This document shows, piece by piece, positions 62,540 to 64,000 of a DNA stretch of 64,000 bases (position 1 is the first letter of the stretch; each line of letters begins with the position of its first letter). Source of the DNA: Candidatus Marinacidobacterium sp. (GTDB lineage: Bacteria; Acidobacteriota; Vicinamibacteria; Marinacidobacterales; Marinacidobacteraceae); assembly GCA_965220965.1 (NCBI GenBank), contig OZ244852.1, forward strand, positions 1,344,001-1,408,000. The letters run 5' to 3'. Position numbers and translations under genes: made by a program. The notes beneath the pieces were generated by a model. That model saw only the letters and a program-made list of their open reading frames with translations, was not told where the DNA came from and made no database searches.

Positions 62540-64000
62540 GTGCACCCCGCCCTCGCCCCCTTCGACCCCGCCACCGCCGCCTGGTTCACCGAACGTTTCC
62601 GGACGCCCACCAAGCCCCAGGTCCGGGCCTGGCCCGCCATTGCGAGCGGCGCCCATCTCCTGCTCACCGCCCCGACCGGCTCCGGCAAGACGCTCGCGGC
62701 CTTCCTGTTCGCCCTCGACCGTCTCCTGGCCGAGGCGCGCGCCGGAGACCTCGATGACCGCACCCGGGTGGTCTACGTCTCGCCCCTCAAGGCGCTCTCG
62801 GCGGACATCCACCGGAACCTCGACATCCCGCTCCAGGGGATCCTCGCCGAGGCCCGGAAGCGCGATCCCGACCTTCCGGAGATCCGGGCCGAGCTCCGCA
62901 CCGGCGACACCCCGCCGGCGGTCCGCGCCCGGACGCTCCGCCGGCCGCCCCACATCCTGGTCACGACCCCCGAGTCGCTCTACCTGCTCCTGACCGCGCA
63001 GCGCGGCCGGGCGCTCGCCGCGACCGCCAGCTCGGTCATCGTGGACGAGGTCCACGCCCTCGCCCGCGACAAGCGCGGCAGCCACCTCGCGCTCACCCTG
63101 GAGCGCCTCGACGAGGCCGCCGGCCGCCGTCTGCAGCGGATCGGCCTCTCCGCCACCGCCCGGCCTCCGGAGCGCCTCGCCCGGTTCCTCGCGAACGACG
63201 AGTCGGCCAGGCCGCAGGTCATCGAGGTGGGACGCCGCCGGGCGCTGGACCTCGGCGTCGAGACTCCCGGTGCGGAACTCGGCGCGGTCGCCACCCACGA
63301 GGTCATGGAGGACATCCACGACCGGATGGCCGAGCTCATCCGCGAGCACCAGACGACCCTCGTCTTCGTGAACACCCGGCGCATGGCGGAGCGCCTGACC
63401 CACGCCCTCGGGGAACGCCTCCCCGCCGACTGGCTCGCCACCCACCACGGGAGCATCGCCCGGGAGACCCGCCTCGAGGCCGAGCGGCGACTGGCCGCCG
63501 GCGAGCTGCGCGCGGTGGTCGCCACCGCGTCGCTGGAGCTGGGCCTCGACATCGGCTCGGTGGACCTCGTCTGCCAGCTCTCCACCCCCCGCTCGATCGC
63601 CGTCCTCCTCCAGCGGGTCGGCCGATCGGGCCACTGGCGGGGCGCCACCCCGAAGGGCCGGCTCTTTCCCACGACCCGCGACGATCTCGTCGAGTGCGCC
63701 GCGCTCGCGCAGGCGATCGAAGCGGGAGACCTCGACGAAGTCCGCATCCCGGAAGGCCCGCTCGACATCCTCGCCCAGCAGCTCGTCGCCGAGGCGGCGT
63801 CCAGCGAGCGGGATCGCCTCTCGCTGGATGAGCTCTACGCCCTCGCCCGCCGCGCCTACCCCTACCGCCATCTCCCCCGATCCGGCTTCGACGAAGTCGT
63901 CGCGATGCTGTCGGAGGGCCTGGCGACATCCCGCGGCCGGCGCGGCGCGCTCCTCCACCTCGACACGGTCTCGGGCTCCGTCCGGCCCCGCCGGAGCGCC
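62540..64000 (+). CDS. lhr: Lhr-family DEAH helicase (partial, runs off the window)
   Basis: APTGSGKTLAAFL, SPLKAL, RTGDTP, TTPESLYLLL, DEVH, KRGSHL, SAT and QRVGRSGH motifs. Confidence 0.88.
   Translation, partial: MHPALAPFDPATAAWFTERFRTPTKPQVRAWPAIASGAHLLLTAPTGSGKTLAAFLFALDRLLAEARAGDLDDRTRVVYVSPLKALSADIHRNLDIPLQGILAEARKRDPDLPEIRAELRTGDTPPAVRARTLRRPPHILVTTPESLYLLLTAQRGRALAATASSVIVDEVHALARDKRGSHLALTLERLDEAAGRRLQRIGLSATARPPERLARFLANDESARPQVIEVGRRRALDLGVETPGAELGAVATHEVMEDIHDRMAELIREHQTTLVFVNTRRMAERLTHALGERLPADWLATHHGSIARETRLEAERRLAAGELRAVVATASLELGLDIGSVDLVCQLSTPRSIAVLLQRVGRSGHWRGATPKGRLFPTTRDDLVECAALAQAIEAGDLDEVRIPEGPLDILAQQLVAEAASSERDRLSLDELYALARRAYPYRHLPRSGFDEVVAMLSEGLATSRGRRGALLHLDTVSGSVRPRRSA

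Overview
Very GC-rich bacterial chromosomal window. The dnaK-dnaJ-hspR-DnaC-like gene order and the DUF507 pair suggest Acidobacteriota, which is an inference only. Most of it is housekeeping and catabolic genes: fetAB, ahcY, tpx, carD-like, xseAB-ispA-nadK, a hydantoin/carbamoylase-type cluster, dnaK-dnaJ-hspR, groESL, exported hydrolases, mmsA, tRNA-Asp, kynU and a partial lhr. Five things stand out. (1) A tandem array (1-2261, open at the left edge) of at least four mosaic small coiled-coil genes with C-terminal membrane anchors, separated by a conserved, hairpin-dense ~220-nt spacer. (2) A duplicated module (51.6-55.1 kb) of a CxxC...RGPP putative ribosome-arrest leader (DUF2946/CruR/CutF-like) upstream of a Met/His-rich outer-membrane barrel; one leader has lost RGPP through a 1-nt deletion. 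(3) A CxxU selenoprotein (SelW/Rdx-like) with a SECIS-like hairpin, missed by the ORF track. (4) Three copies of a MITE with CTAR target duplications, with filled and empty sites both visible in the window. (5) Repeated -10 hexamers exactly 7 nt before start codons, pointing to leaderless mRNAs. Product calls come from motif recognition in the translations; no database searches were run.
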